Below, one piece after another: positions 13,315 to 26,492 of a stretch of DNA of 64,000 nucleotides. Under the pieces are notes generated by a model. The model saw only the letters and a list, made by a program, of their open reading frames with translations. It was not told where the DNA came from and made no database searches. The position numbers and the translations under genes are program-made. Origin of the DNA: the human T2T-CHM13v2.0 reference genome, Homo sapiens; NCBI RefSeq assembly GCF_009914755.1, contig NC_060932.1; one strand, 5' to 3'. Numbering within the stretch: the stretch's first letter is position 1; each line of letters starts with the position of its first letter.

Positions 13315-13555
13315 GGAGGAAATAGATTCTAAGTTATAGCAAGAGAGCACTGAGTTAGATGTAAAGAAGAACTTTGTGTCTCAGACTGATTAAACACTGG
13401 AGCAAATTAGCAGGGAAGCTTATGGAATCGCCATCTGTGGAGATACTTCAAAAATAGAATTGACAATTTTTTTCTTTGGATGATTTAGGAAATGCCCCTA
13501 CTGGCAAGGAGATGGACCAAATGGGCTCTTGAAATCCTTTTTGGTTCTCTGCTCC
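13315..13555 (+). mobile_element. L3/CR1 LINE 3' end
   Basis: GAGTTAGATGTAAAGAAGAACTTT...AAACACTGGAGC...GGAATCGCCATCTGTGGAGATACTTCAAAAATAG, typical of the CR1 3' region. Confidence 0.75.
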
Positions 13556-13638
13556 TAAGAATCTTCCTATACAGTTCTTGGAAGTATTTATTTCCTAAGT
13601 AGAATATAGAACAGAAAGCCTTTAGTAAAGGTAGGCTG

Positions 13639-13640
<2 letters not shown>

Positions 13641-13669
<29 letters not shown>
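13641..13669 (+). repeat. (TG)n microsatellite
   Basis: Dinucleotide run. Confidence 0.95.
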
Positions 13670-13671
<2 letters not shown>

Positions 13672-14544
13672 ATATCTTTAGGTAGAAGGATGAGAAGGCA
13701 ACATTGTGTGATCTAAAAAGCAAAATTATCATTTGCTAACCAGTCATGTTTACCTATGTAAATACATAGGACTTCCTTAGACTTTCCAGCCTCTTGCTGC
13801 TTTTCTGACTGCTCAGTCTCTGTCCATTCTCTGCCCACACATCAAGTGTCGGCCTCATCCTGTGTCCTACTCTCTACTCTCTTTCTCTTTCACACTTGTC
13901 TCCCCCAAGACAGCTTTATATTCTCCTGAGGTTTCTGTCCTTGGGTAACTTGAAAAATCTGCTTCCACAGCCACGATATTTCTCTGGGTGCCAAAACTGC
14001 ATTCCAACTACCTGGCAAATATGTCCACCTGAAAAGACCTTTCAGCAGATTCAACTCAACTTGCCGCAAACTGAAGAGGCAGGAGAAAAGAAAAGGGTCT
14101 CCACTCTGCCCTTCTACAGTTCCTCTTGTAGCCTTTTCCACCCCACCTACCATCCCAGCAGTTCTTCCTACACTCACCCTCTGGGCCCTAATTAGCTCTT
14201 TAGCCTCATCTGGTATGGCCAACCTCTCCCCAACCCCCATGCCCCACACATGGCCAAAGAGTCACAGAAAATTGTGCCCAACCCTCTCCTCTGCCAGCAC
14301 AACATTCTCAGGGCTTCTAGCTCTGGGAGCTCACTCACCCCTCCCAAGCTACCTATCCTCTTTGCCTACAATATTTCTTCTGCCTTGAATAATCTTCCTA
14401 CTCTGACTGTAAAATTATCTCTCTACAAGGTGTCTCATGTTTACAGTCTCAGTTCATCTTCTTAGGAAATCTTACTGAATCTTCCTTCATGTGCATCAAT
14501 TGTCCTCTGCCCAAGAACCTGCAGCCCATTCTTCACATGACCTT

Positions 14545-14745
14545 GGAAAAGGCACATAGCATGAGGATTGGATCACTCCATATCTGGGGCTATATTGTGT
14601 ACATCACATCCCAGCTATGAGACCCTGATGGGTGACTTAACCTCTTAGTGTCTATTTCTCCAGCTATAAAATAGGAATAAATTTAATGCTATCCCAAAGG
14701 AGTGAGGACAAAAGCACTCACCCGGGTACTGGGAAGAATAAAGAG
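14545..14745 (+). mobile_element. MIR
   Basis: CAGCTATGAGACCCTG...GACTTAACCTCTTAGTGTCTATTTCTCCAGCTATAAAATAGG. Confidence 0.6.
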
Positions 14746-14832
14746 GTAAATGGTCCCTTCAATCAAAGAGGTTTAGGTCAAGTAACTAATAATATACACA
14801 ATTCCAGTAACTGTAATAAGCTATGAGTGTAA

Positions 14833-14875
14833 TATCATCATCACAGTCATCACCATCATCATCATCATCATCATC
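14833..14875 (+). repeat. (CAT)n trinucleotide repeat
   Basis: ATCATCATC runs. Confidence 0.85.
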
Positions 14876-16220
14876 CCAACTAACTTTACTTCAGTTCTTG
14901 CCATCCTGCCCAGCATTATTCTAAAGCGAATGAATAATTCAGGACATATATACTGGTAGACATGTAGTGAAAAGTTTTAGAACAGTTAGCCAAAGCTAGG
15001 TCATTTAGATTTGTTGATCTTTCTTCCTGCTATAGCAGAGCAATTCCCTGTAGCATAGTCTTAAGTGTTTATTAGTCTATTTTTAAATCACTGAAACTAC
15101 TTGGCTACTACCACAACCCATGAAAGATTGTCCTACAATATACTAGACAGAAGTTCCAGGAAATTTCTTTTTATGGGTTATACTTTTCCTCTAATCATTT
15201 CAACAAACCTCATGTCCCATAATTTCATTATAAAGAAGTAATGTCAATGTTTAATTATTATGCTTAGTGTTCATAGTTATCTCATTGCTTCTAAGTTGTT
15301 TGTTCCCCTAAGGTACTATACCATAAGCATTCATTCCTTTATTCTTGTAAGATATTAGTCATAAGTAGCCAAACTTTAGTTATCATTGAATCTGTCTGTG
15401 CCTTCATATTGCCTTTTATTTATTCAAAGTTATCTGGCAAACTCTCAAAAATGTAAATGTCACTTCATCTGGAGTAATGATTTTGATAATAAAAATGATA
15501 AAACCAATAGTAAGTAAAAGAAAAATATAAAAATAATGATACCTTCCATCAGTTTACTACCTTATAGTGTACAAAACACTTTCTACATCAATTATTGTGA
15601 AACTTCATCTTATATGGAGATTGGGCTCTCAAACCAATATGTAAGATGAAGATTGCCTACAGTTAAAATTACCCTTAAAAATTCCTTAGGAAGTGCCACA
15701 TGCAATATCAACATACCATTTCTCAGTAAATCCAAAGACTTCTTTTTTCTCCTGCTATTGGAACAGATCACTGTTTCTTTGGTTAAGCTCCAGCTGAAGC
15801 AGTTGGCTTGCGTTTAGGGACCATGTTGCATGAAAAATAAGTATCTTTAAACACTAGAATCACACTCCTGCACCATCAGGTGCTCACATTCTGAGAAGCA
15901 GCCACGGGGAGACAGAAGCACCACCAGAAAGAGCCTTCCATGTCACTCTCACCCGCGGGCATGTGCTCAGGTCCTGGAGGGCTGTGTGGAATGGCCCACG
16001 CCCCTGCACATTGCCCTCTCCATCGCTGTTTGTCTTTCTCTCTGCCTCTGATTTTCCTTATCCTTTTAGACTATGAGGGAATAGGCATATAGCTGAATAT
16101 GTTTAAGTCAAAAATCTCATTATATACACTTGTTGTATCCCATTTGAGTATCTTAACAAGCTGAAGAGGTAGCTAGAAATTATTAAGCCATTTCACAAGT
16201 GAAAATATACTGAAGCTTAG

Positions 16221-16407
16221 TAGGATTACAAGATTGCGAATAAAAATGCAAGATATCCAGTTAAATTTTAATATCAGATAAGCAATGAATACTTTTTTAG
16301 GATAAGTATGTCCTATGCAATATTTGGGACATACTTGTACTAAAACTATTTTTTGTTTAACTGAAATTCAACTTTAACTGGGCACTGTATTTTATCTGAA
16401 ACACTTA
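16221..16407 (-). mobile_element. MER53 palindromic hAT MITE, full length
   Basis: CCAGTTAAATTTTAATATCAGATAAG...TAAGTATGTCCTATGCAATATTTGGGACATACTT...CTGAAATTCAACTTTAACTGGG internal inverted repeat. Confidence 0.9.
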
Positions 16408-17051
16408 CTTGGCTTTATGTTTTCTAGCTTCCACACTCCTTATATTAGATAACAGTGCTCTCATATTTTGAATGTATTAATTCCATATTTTACTTACATT
16501 TGAACAAATTACTTTTCTACATTATGTTTATGTTTGAAATGACTTTAAGTTTATTCTACTAAATTACTTAATTCAAAAAACAAACACTATATAAAACACA
16601 TTTTCTTATTCAGATAGTCCATAAATTAAAAATCAGTCAATTCTTGATGAGAAATTGAGCATCTCTTTGTTTTATACTTTTAAAGATGAAATACCCCATG
16701 ATTCTGATTTTAGGAAATGGTGTGAAACCCAGAGAAAAGTTGTAAATATAGTGAAGGTCTTTGCTATTCAGATGGAATGGAAAAAGTTTAAGCCAAAAAA
16801 AAAAAAAAAAAAGAATGGTCACATTCACAAATATATTGGGCTTGTACTCATTATGACATCATTAATAGCCAATTAGAAAGTTCTCTTGGTATTCAGCCTT
16901 CTGACTCCGTTTCACAATAATTGGTATTGATAGCATTTTATTGCTGCTATATACTTTGCTAGCACCAAGACCAATATATTCTGATCCCGAAAAATGTGAT
17001 GCTTTAACAAGACAAGCACAATGTTATGTTATTTTTACTATGCCATGTTAC

Positions 17052-17149
17052 CTGGCAGGCAATTACGGCTCTGGACTTTAACATTGTTTTCCAAAAATAA
17101 CAATCATCTAATGTTTAGTTTGGCTAAAACAGAGATTGTGACTGGCCAC
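17052..17149 (-). other. Candidate non-coding exon (98 nt)
   Basis: Acceptor tatttttcttctaacag|G; donor CAG|gtaaca; stops in all three frames. Confidence 0.35.
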
Positions 17150-17509
17150 CTGTTAGAAGAAAAATAAGACATTCCTGTAGACGAAAGATCTGAGGTAAAT
17201 TATGAAAGGTTTTCAAGAAAGGGGGTAGTGTGTTCTATTGGCTACTCTAAAAAAGTGTTAAGAAGTGAGGAAAATTAGATAATAGACAAAAGTCTGAGTA
17301 TTGCAAGTCTTGATTATTCTTAAAACACCCCCAAAATGCTACTAAGGATGAAAGGCTCGGACATTTATGACATTTAAATTGGAATATCACTGTAACTCTT
17401 AAACTGGTTGTCAGATTCCTTGCAGAGGATTAAGGAAGGATCTCAAGAAGTTCATGTGGCCAGGACAGCTGACTTTAAAGCCGCTATTTAACCAAGAAGC
17501 AAATGCAGT

Positions 17510-17745
17510 GGAGCCCAGTGTTTGTGAGGTTGTGCCCTGAAGCACACGACTGGAATAATTCTTGGCTCTGCCACCTACTATGTCTTTGGGGAAAGTTTTC
17601 CCCTCTCAGTTTCCTCATCTGTAAAATAGTAATAAAATTGTTCTTAGTGTGGTTTTGAAGGAATTAATTGAGAAATTACTGGGAGTAAAAAAATAAAGTG
17701 CTTATAATATAATAAATATCCAATAAATGAAGCTGTTATTATAAA
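17510..17745 (+). mobile_element. MIR
   Basis: GGCTCTGCCACCTACTA...CTCAGTTTCCTCATCTGTAAAATAG. Confidence 0.85.
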
Positions 17746-18029
17746 TGATAAGCTATTTGAATAAGGAGAGTAAGAATTTTTTGTTTGTTTGTCAACTCTT
17801 TTATTCAACGAACATTTAGTGAGTGTTGTTTGACACTGTTTTCGGTGCTGGAGAATCAGAATTTAACCCCAGCCTGATATTCTCTATCTGGCACCTTTCC
17901 ATGTTCTTTCAGCTCAATTTTCTACTCCAATAATAAGAGGGGGAAAAATGTATAGCTCACAAAGTGAGTAAGTGACAGTATGGAATGATATTTCTTGTGC
18001 CTTGAAAATATATGTCTTATTATATCTTA

Positions 18030-18190
18030 TTTTAAAACATACAACATCTATGTGAGGTATCATATTGCCTTATTATAGATGAGGAAACTGAAGCACATGG
18101 AGTTTTAATAGCATATCTAAGTCAGCAAATGGCAGAGCTGGGGTTTGTGCCTAAGTTTGCATGACCAGGAGCTATGCTCTCTTAACCACT
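18030..18190 (-). mobile_element. MIR
   Basis: TATAGATGAGGAAACTGAAGCAC...AAATGGCAGAGCTGGG. Confidence 0.8.
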
Positions 18191-18688
18191 TTAGTCAGGA
18201 GAAAATGTCTGAGAGCCCCTAAACAGACGATTCACCATCCTGATGTGTGAGAAAAATGGAAAGCCCAAACATTTCTTCATTTCTGTGGTCACTAAAATGA
18301 TCTTATCTTGCATTCAGCATGAAAACTGAAAGCTAATTCAAAGTGCCATGGTATCAGTTCCCTAGTTCTCATCCATGAATATGCATTCATTAACATTTAT
18401 GTAACTAGTCCCTCTTATTGCTGATGTGATCAAAATAAAAGAGTTAATGAACTAAGCCACCCTTGCTAAAAATAATCTTTGCAAAAACCACACGTGGTAA
18501 TTCTAATGAGCTGTTTTACAGTAAATGTACTTATAAAGACCATGAAGGAAACAAAGAAACAGAGTTCTCGAAGTCAAATTAAAAATCATTTTAGAAAAGC
18601 CAATCTGGATCCATCTAAAATACATTTTAATCCCACACTATTTTTTCACAAAAGATGCAGGGCAATTTGTGTGTGGATACCCACTCTT

Positions 18689-18979
18689 TTTTTTCCTCCT
18701 TTTTTTAAGCCTGTCACCCAGGCTGGAGTGCAGTGGTGTGGTCACAGTTCACTGCAGGCTCAACCTCACTGGGCTTAGGTGATCCTCTCACCTCAGCCTC
18801 CCTAGGAGCTGGGACCACAGACAAGCACCACCATTCCCAGCTAATTTTTTGTATTTTTTTGCAGGGATGGGGTTTCACCATGTTACCCAGGCTGGTCTGG
18901 AACTCCTGGGTTCAAGCAATCTGCCCACCTTGGCATCCCAAAGTGCCAGGATTACAGGTGTGAGTCACTGCACCCAGCC
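18689..18979 (-). mobile_element. AluJ with degenerate 15-bp TSD
   Basis: J-type GAACTCCTGGGTTCAAGCAATC; TGGATACCCACTCTT (18674-18688) versus TGGATAGCTACTCTT (18980-18994). Confidence 0.9.
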
Positions 18980-20209
18980 TGGATAGCTACTCTTAAACAC
19001 CCATAGAGAAATTAGATGTAAACTTTGGTAAGAGGAAACTCAGTCACCAAAAGACTAGCAATATCTCTATTCTTCAGAGCAAGAATTTAAATTGATAATA
19101 AATAAAAGCCAAAATCCTACCTTGCCACCTATTTCTGTGAATTTCAAGTAGGTGTATTCATTTGCCTACTTGTTGACATAAATATCTCAATATTTTTATT
19201 TTGAAATACCATAGTAATTCATATGTTATCTCTTCATAATTATAATCATATATTTCATAGCCTAGTGGGGAAATACAACAAACAATGCTCAAATATGAAA
19301 TGAAAAATATGAGATTCCAAATGAATTGAGGGATCTTTCAACTCAGGAAAAATCTGTGTTCAGGGCAATCACACCCTGGATCTCATAATGAGTTCTACTG
19401 TGGGGGGCAGCATTTGTGGAAGACATTGGACATATTATTAATGACAAACTTAGAGGGATGCTTGGTCAATGGACTTCTCCAAATATTATATAGAGAAACA
19501 AAAAGCAAAGAAAAAATAGGAGATCTACATCTTCACATTATTCCCGCAGTAGCTTCTTATCAATAGAGTGGCCAGGTTAATGTCTCTCCCAGCACTCCTG
19601 CACCCAAAACAAATAGTCATTTTAAAACTCAACAAAATAAAGTCTCAACTGCCACAGATGAATGAAGTCATCACCAAGAAGGCATTTTTAACAATGAAAA
19701 AATTTTTGCTTTATAACAGGATTTTTCCTAGGCATTCATGTTTTAACTTTTTCTTTCTCCTTCACTCTTGTTCCCCTTCCTACACAGCCAATTTCATTCT
19801 CCAACTTATCAATCATTTTTCTACAGTGCCTCTCCTTTCATCCTTTTAGATATCCATTTACCACCCTAATCAACATTTCATGACCTCATAACTTTCTTGT
19901 TTTTTTTCTGTCCTGTCTTTTTTGCTGTTTTAGTTTCCTGTTTTCTCTGTGCCTAGCCCACACACTTTAATCGGTTCAAAACACTCTAAAGCCATCAGCA
20001 AGCACATCTATTTCCCCTCAGTCTCTGGGATATTTGTCCTGAGAAGGCCATAGGACATTCAGGTTGTCTTTTAAGATTTATTGGTAATGAAGAAAGGGAT
20101 ACTGGCATGAGATAAGGTGTCTGAAGATGTTCTGAACACTGAAATGTTCTCTATACATGAGATGAGTGTCTCTATTTTGCATCACCAGATGTGTTTCAAT
20201 TCAGAATAT

Positions 20210-20340
20210 CCTATTAGATGGCAACCTGGAGTGGGGCCTTCTTACTGATTTGGTGTCATGAGCCAGCCCTTTCCCTTCTCTGTGCCTCAGTGTTTTCAGC
20301 AATGAGATGAGGGACCACTCAAGGTCTCGGAATTCTGAAG
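20210..20340 (+). mobile_element. MIR3/MIRc fragment
   Basis: CCTTCTCTGTGCCTCAGTGTTTTCAGCAATGAGATGAGG. Confidence 0.55.
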
Positions 20341-22154
20341 CAGAAGTAGGACAGATGTTTAAAACAAAACAAAACAAAAAAGTGGGACTGAGGGGAAACA
20401 ATGAATTTTTCTGAAAGCAGGACGTATATTACCAAGGAGCAGAATGTATGAAGAGGTTCTGCAATCATTATTAACTTCAGTTTGGGGCAAACAATTTGAG
20501 TGACATCTAGATTAAGTGTGTATTTTTTTTTTAGTTGATTTCTCTTATCTGAGAGCACTGATAGGCAGTTACTAAGATCAGAACCTTAAATCTCACTTAG
20601 TTTCAAAAGAACAGAACAATGATTGAGCAACCCTCTGGTAAGTAAAGAAGTATTTTGAGACCTGGCTAATATTCTGAAGTTGATTAAACAGGCAAAGCCA
20701 ACTGCACTTTCTTCTTAAGCAACCCAGTTGGAAAGCACAGAGGGTGACCGGAATAACTAAGAAACAGTGAGAAAGAAGACGAGGGAGGGGTGATGGTAAG
20801 GAGGGAGAAGCAAATTGAAGAAAGAGAGAAAACAAAATAAAATATATTATAAAAATGTTAAAATATCAAAGGAAATTATTTAAAATCAAAATATTAAACA
20901 GTTCTTATGCATCAGAAACACAGCTGGTAGCATCTTTTCCTTCGAGGCTCAGCCAGTGGGCATGACTGTGTGGAACTACTTTAGAATTCTCAGTATTGTT
21001 TAACATTGACCAATAGCTTCTGGGAAGGCTTAGAATACTTGGGGAATCTTCCACAGAAGCAGCATTTAGGAATATTTTAGTCTACCCGAAGGTAAAAAAA
21101 AAAAAAAAAAAAAAATCAACAGAGAACGAGCTGAATTTTGGAGATTAGTAAATATACATTAAAATAATATCAAGTGATAGCAGCATAGCTTCAAAGAGCA
21201 TGCCGTTTTGAGTTGAGCAAAAAATTAACTTGATCAGTGTCTGGAAGGGCATAGTATATATCAGCATATTATCATTTGGTTGAGTTTCACTGGCAAGCAG
21301 AGAAATTTCCTCCTTCCCCCCTGTGAAGTGCTACTGTGGAGAGAAGCATTTTCAAATTGATCTTACTAAGAATCATCAGTGAACAATTTGCTACTCGCAA
21401 TCAATGGTTTCTAACAATGTTATAACAGGAATGTCATCTCAGGGCACATACGTAGTATTCTTAACTGAAGGATAATCACACAAAGATAAATTTAGTCTTT
21501 TTCTGTATTGGAGTATAGAAATATACCAGTACTTAAAATCTCAGAGTGACTTAGAGAGGATAGGTGCTTTTCAAAGGAAAGCACATTTGTGGGATTTTTA
21601 AAATAACATTTTTCTCGCCTTTAAAAAAGATAACAGGTTATATGAGTCCATCTTGAAGCAGAATTTCATGGCTACAAATCAATGTGGTTGTTGGTTTCTC
21701 ATGACTTTTGGTTAGCCAAGTGGACCTCAAACTATTTTTGACTGGGGGCATGTTCTATAAAGTAAAGAGATTTGTAGGCCACATTTATCACTTTTTCTGA
21801 AAAATGTTGATAAAAATACTAAAATACATAAAAATATATACTTAAATGTGTATATATATATATATACTTTAAAATAGTGAAATAATTTTGAAGAATGGGG
21901 TACTGCTTAAAGTTTCATAAATGGACTTATAAATATATTAATGAATCAGAAATAGAAGTTTAGACAATTATGTCCTATATTGTCAATATAGACAATGGCA
22001 TAAATTATAATAATACCAATTAGAGTAGACCTACAGAAATCCTTGGTTTTGTGGCTAAGAATTGTTTATTGACCATGCCTTGGTAGTAATTGATTTCATG
22101 GTTAAAAGTATGAATTAATTATACTGAAATCTTGTATAATCCAACAAGAGGAAA

Positions 22155-22380
22155 CCAAGATTCAGAGTCAGAAGTCCCAAGTTCAAGACCTAGAAATACC
22201 CATAACTGAAAATATGATTCTAGGCAAGTTTTGTAAATGCATTGAGCCTCAATTTCCTTACCAATAATTGGGGATACTTACTTTATTGGTTAATGCAAAG
22301 ATCAAGAAAGATAATATATTTGAAAAGCATTAATATAAATGAACACACTAAGAAAATAATAACTATTATAATTACTAACA
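22155..22380 (+). mobile_element. MIR
   Basis: CAGAGTCAGAAGTCCCAAGTTCAAG...GAGCCTCAATTTCCTTAC. Confidence 0.65.
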
Positions 22381-23655
22381 ACAAGCAATAATTTATTTTA
22401 TTTAAGAAAAATGGTCAAAATAACCTATCCACCTTCCACCTTGTTGCAAAAATGTTTAACATTGATGTCAAAATCTTTGGTAAAGATAAGAAAGAATCTA
22501 AGGAAAATTTTAAGTAATTGTTGCTTACTGTAAATTCTTTTTTCTTTAGAGAGATATTAAATTGTTTAATATGAAGAAGTATTTACAATTTGTTTTCTCT
22601 CCCCCAAAAAGAGAAAACAAAGTATTTAAAGAAAACATGTCAACATCTTTCCCTCAAAAGAATTATAAGATGTGAATAAAGTAGCCTAATCAAACACTTT
22701 ATTGTTTTGAAAAACACGGTACAATATGAGCATAGAGAGCTTCTTAGCAGCCCAGTTAACTTTTATTGATGGAGGCTTTCTGATGTAGTAGGAGAACATA
22801 AACATGCCAAAATGGAGTCTCAAAATTTGTGATATATTTTAGCTCTCTCTACATAGCAAAGTAATACTTTAGGAAACACAAAAATAATGTACTATGTGTA
22901 TACATCCCTTTAGCACCCCAGATGACCACAAGATGCTGGATAAATGATTCTGCAGCCTTCTTCCAACCGTCTCACCACTGTAATAAGCTCATTATTTTCA
23001 TGATCCAGCAGCCAGATTTGAGTATGGAGTATGTATTGGGTAGCTGAGAATCTGTTCCTCACAATGGATAATGATGTTGCTCTCAATAGTCTTATCCAGC
23101 AAGAATTTTCTAGGTTCGCCAGAAAAATTCAGAACACGTGAGTAGCCTCCTAGATGTGCCTCTATTTTTATCAGCTTCTGCAAGGATGAAGCAATTCCTT
23201 TTATTTCAAAGAGAGTGAACATTGAGTCACTTCCTTCGTATATATATTAAAGCAGAGAATAAACTAACGCAGCCTGTACATTTGTCTTCTCTGTCCACAT
23301 GAAACAACTTTCACACGGCCTTTTAATTACATTCCCTCAAACTAATATTCTTTGAAAAAGAATTTTCTCTCCATGCAATTATTCCTGTAAACTGGCATAT
23401 AAGGAAGAAAAAAGGACTGAAAACACTAATGTTCACATCCATTCTAACCAACTCCAATGCCAAGAAATGCACTGAATCTTTAAACGGACCTCCCACATTC
23501 TCGATAGGATGTTTTCTGTGCATGGTGATCCACAAATATTACCATTCCATGACAATGCAGTTTCATCAAGGTACGTCTCAATCCACGGGATACGAGTCCC
23601 ACACAACAGACGGAGAATTTGGCGCAGCTCTGCGCACGCTGCGTGTGTTACTTAC

Positions 23656-23736
23656 TGGTTATATTGCAGTGGCCACACTGAGTCCCGTATGGCGCCGTAT
23701 TAACGAATGGCATGCAAGCACCTTCTGTTGAAACAT
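23656..23736 (-). other. Candidate exon (81 nt, phase 1-1) in a CpG-rich unique patch
   Basis: Acceptor atttccctgtcgcag|A; donor CCA|gtaagt; single open frame VSTEGACMPFVNTAPYGTQCGHCNIT; about 13 CpGs in 23570-23745. Confidence 0.5.
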
Positions 23737-26042
23737 CTGCGACAGGGAAATTTTAGGCATTTTTCCAGATAATTTTTGTGCTCTGGACCAAATTTTCATT
23801 AGGACTATAAAACCTGGCAAGCAGTATTGTTGTGTATGATTTTTTAATAAACTGGGACATGCCTTTGTTAAAGGAGTGAGGAAAAGGGCTCTTCAGAGAC
23901 TCCTTTCTATTATAAAAAGTTCAGAAAACATATGACAGCTCACAAAATAACATTTCCCAACTTTTTTTTAAAGTGCAAGGTTCCAGGCTTTCGTAGACAT
24001 ATAAATAAAATTCACAGTTTTGGATGCAAACGCAAAAATGCAGATTTTCACATCTTGGAGTAAATGATTCCAACGGTGGCTTTTCTTAAGCACATGTTTG
24101 TTAAGAGTGAATACAGCCAACAGAGATGTTTTTTAGTATTTAATTTTTTATTCCGGCTGCCAAAAAATGTGTGTAAGGGTTTGTACTTTCTTTAAGAGAT
24201 ACTGTGTCTCAGAATTAGAGAAAAAACCTGAAGAGTTTGGGCACATGCCTATTTGTACTCGTAAACAACGTGAACCCAACAACTAGCATTGTTCATTTTT
24301 CTCACTAGTTAAAATACGGGTTTGTCTATTTCTTTCTTCACTGCCAATATCACCCTACCACAGTAATGGAGACTAGAAAAACTCCCTTTTGTAATTCTTT
24401 AGTTCCCTGTGCCCTGCTATAAACACTAAGGCAAAACAAACATGCTTGGCAGTAAATACGTGCATTATCATTATGTAAATAGGCATGTTATGATTATACT
24501 TCGATGATGTTGTTCTTTGTAAAGGCTTTTTCCTTTTCCAAATATATTATCCAATTTAAGTTATAATGCATATTATACCACTGGGGCTGTATAAACACTC
24601 TAGATCAGGGAGAATTAGTAGACTGTATATAACGAAATGTTTACCACCTATGCATATGGTGCTTGATGCTAAGACTACCAAACAAACAGACTAATGCTGC
24701 TTCACATTGTTCAATTCCACCACAGCAGTGCACAGAAGCCTTTGAGATTAATATCCATCTTGCTGTTCAAATTGAGTACCACATTATGACATTTTATATT
24801 GACAACATTATAAGCTGAGATGATACATTTTAAGCTTGATGAGATGAATGATCTAGTACTAGCAGAAAATAGGCTGCATATCTGAACCTTATATGAACTA
24901 GGAACGACTCATGTCACAGTCTGTTTGGAAATGTTACAATGTTTGCATAAATCCATTGCTTATGCATAAGCACCAGGGAACTAGAATCCTGAGGCAGGCA
25001 GTAATCTGTAAAGTTCTTGTGGCGCTTGATAAGCATGCAAGATGCATCTTACATTCTCCTTGGTGAATTGCAAATGTTTATGTAAGAAAGAGCATATAGC
25101 TGCATATCGTATGAAAAGATCAACGCAGATATCTTCAGTAGGGATTGGAAGAGAGCATAAGAAAATGAAGGGCCTAGTACATAATTTACTCAGGCCCTTA
25201 AAAACAAGCAAGACTCACCTAAAAAAGTAGATTTTTGGTCTTATTATTTGTCTTCACATTCTGTAGTTGTCAAAATTATTGGACCTATCAACCATTTATT
25301 TTATTTTACCTATAAAGACATAGCAGTGTCCACAATTAAAGTGAAGATGATAGTGTTCCTTTAATTCCATTACTTTCTCTTTTATGGAGCAAGTAAGCTG
25401 TTAGTGGTGAAACAACAAGACAATTATAATATTTACTCTTTGTTTGTTTGTTTGTTTGTCTAAATAATGTTGTCAGTGTTGTTTTTAAAGTCTTCTAAAT
25501 GAGTATGATATTTGACACATAAACTGATAAAAGCTCAAACAGCTTGAAGATTCAATTTCTTTAAATTTAAAACTCATTAGCATTGGAATCTGATTTACAG
25601 GGTTTCAGAATAAATACATTAGGTGATGTTTTTATCTATTCACCTCACCCTTTACTAAGTACTTGTTTGGTGTAAAGCCTTTTTTTTCTTTTAAAATATG
25701 TTATCCAACTTTAGTTATCATGCATAATGTATAATTGGGGCTGGAAGCAAACCTATGATGGCTTTGAGGGGTTTCAAATATTCAACATATATATCAGACC
25801 CTCTGCTTGACCTAAGAAAATATCATTTCTACTTTATCATCAGATTCATGGTGGGTAAGATTTGAGAAGAAGAGCTGGTAGGCAGATCATGCATAAACAC
25901 CAGCACAATGTGCTAGACACGACGTTTTGTTAGGCCTTCATTTGGAGATGGCCACTCTCCTTCACTCCAGGACTTTGTATGTGTTGTCACCACCCCTGCC
26001 CCTGAACCTGTTCTCTCCTGCTTTATCTGGCTAATTTCTAGT

Positions 26043-26274
26043 TGTGTTAGTTTGCTAGGGCTACCATAGAAAGTACCACAGACCAGATGGCTTAACCAAC
26101 AGAAATTTATTTATTTATTTTTTCACAGTTCTGGAGGCTGGAAGTCCAAGATCAAGGTGCTAACAGGATTGGTTTCTTACTAGGCCTCTCTTCCTGGCTT
26201 ACAGATGACTACCTTCTTAGTTTGTCCTCATGTGCCCTTTCCTCTGTATGCACATGGCAGAAGGTGGGGAGGTA

Positions 26275-26315
<41 letters not shown>

Positions 26316-26492
26316 CAAGTGATTTCTGGTGTCTCTTCCTCTTAGAAGAATACCAGCCCTGTCAAATTAAGGTCTCACTGTTACGACCTCATTTAACCTT
26401 TATTACCTTCTTAAAGACCCTAACCCCAAATAGAGTCACATTGGGGGTTTTCAACATAAGAATTTTGGTAAAACATAATTCCATCCATAACA
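26043..26492 (-). mobile_element. MLT1A/B MaLR LTR with TSD CTAGT, inserted in L2, with internal (GA)n
   Basis: TGTGTTAGTTTGCTAGGGCTACCATA...CCATCCATAACA; CTAGT at 26038-26042 and 26493-26497. Confidence 0.9.

Noticed and set aside
21081-21115. Possible 11-nt plus-strand microexon (ttttag|TCTACCCGAAG|gtaaaa); similar GGT(A)n at about 60504
   Set aside because: Short pyrimidine tract, frame-shifting length, and the similarity is only a poly(A) run
23429-23731. 100-aa plus-strand ORF over the CpG patch
   Set aside because: No recognisable homology; the splice signals point to the minus strand
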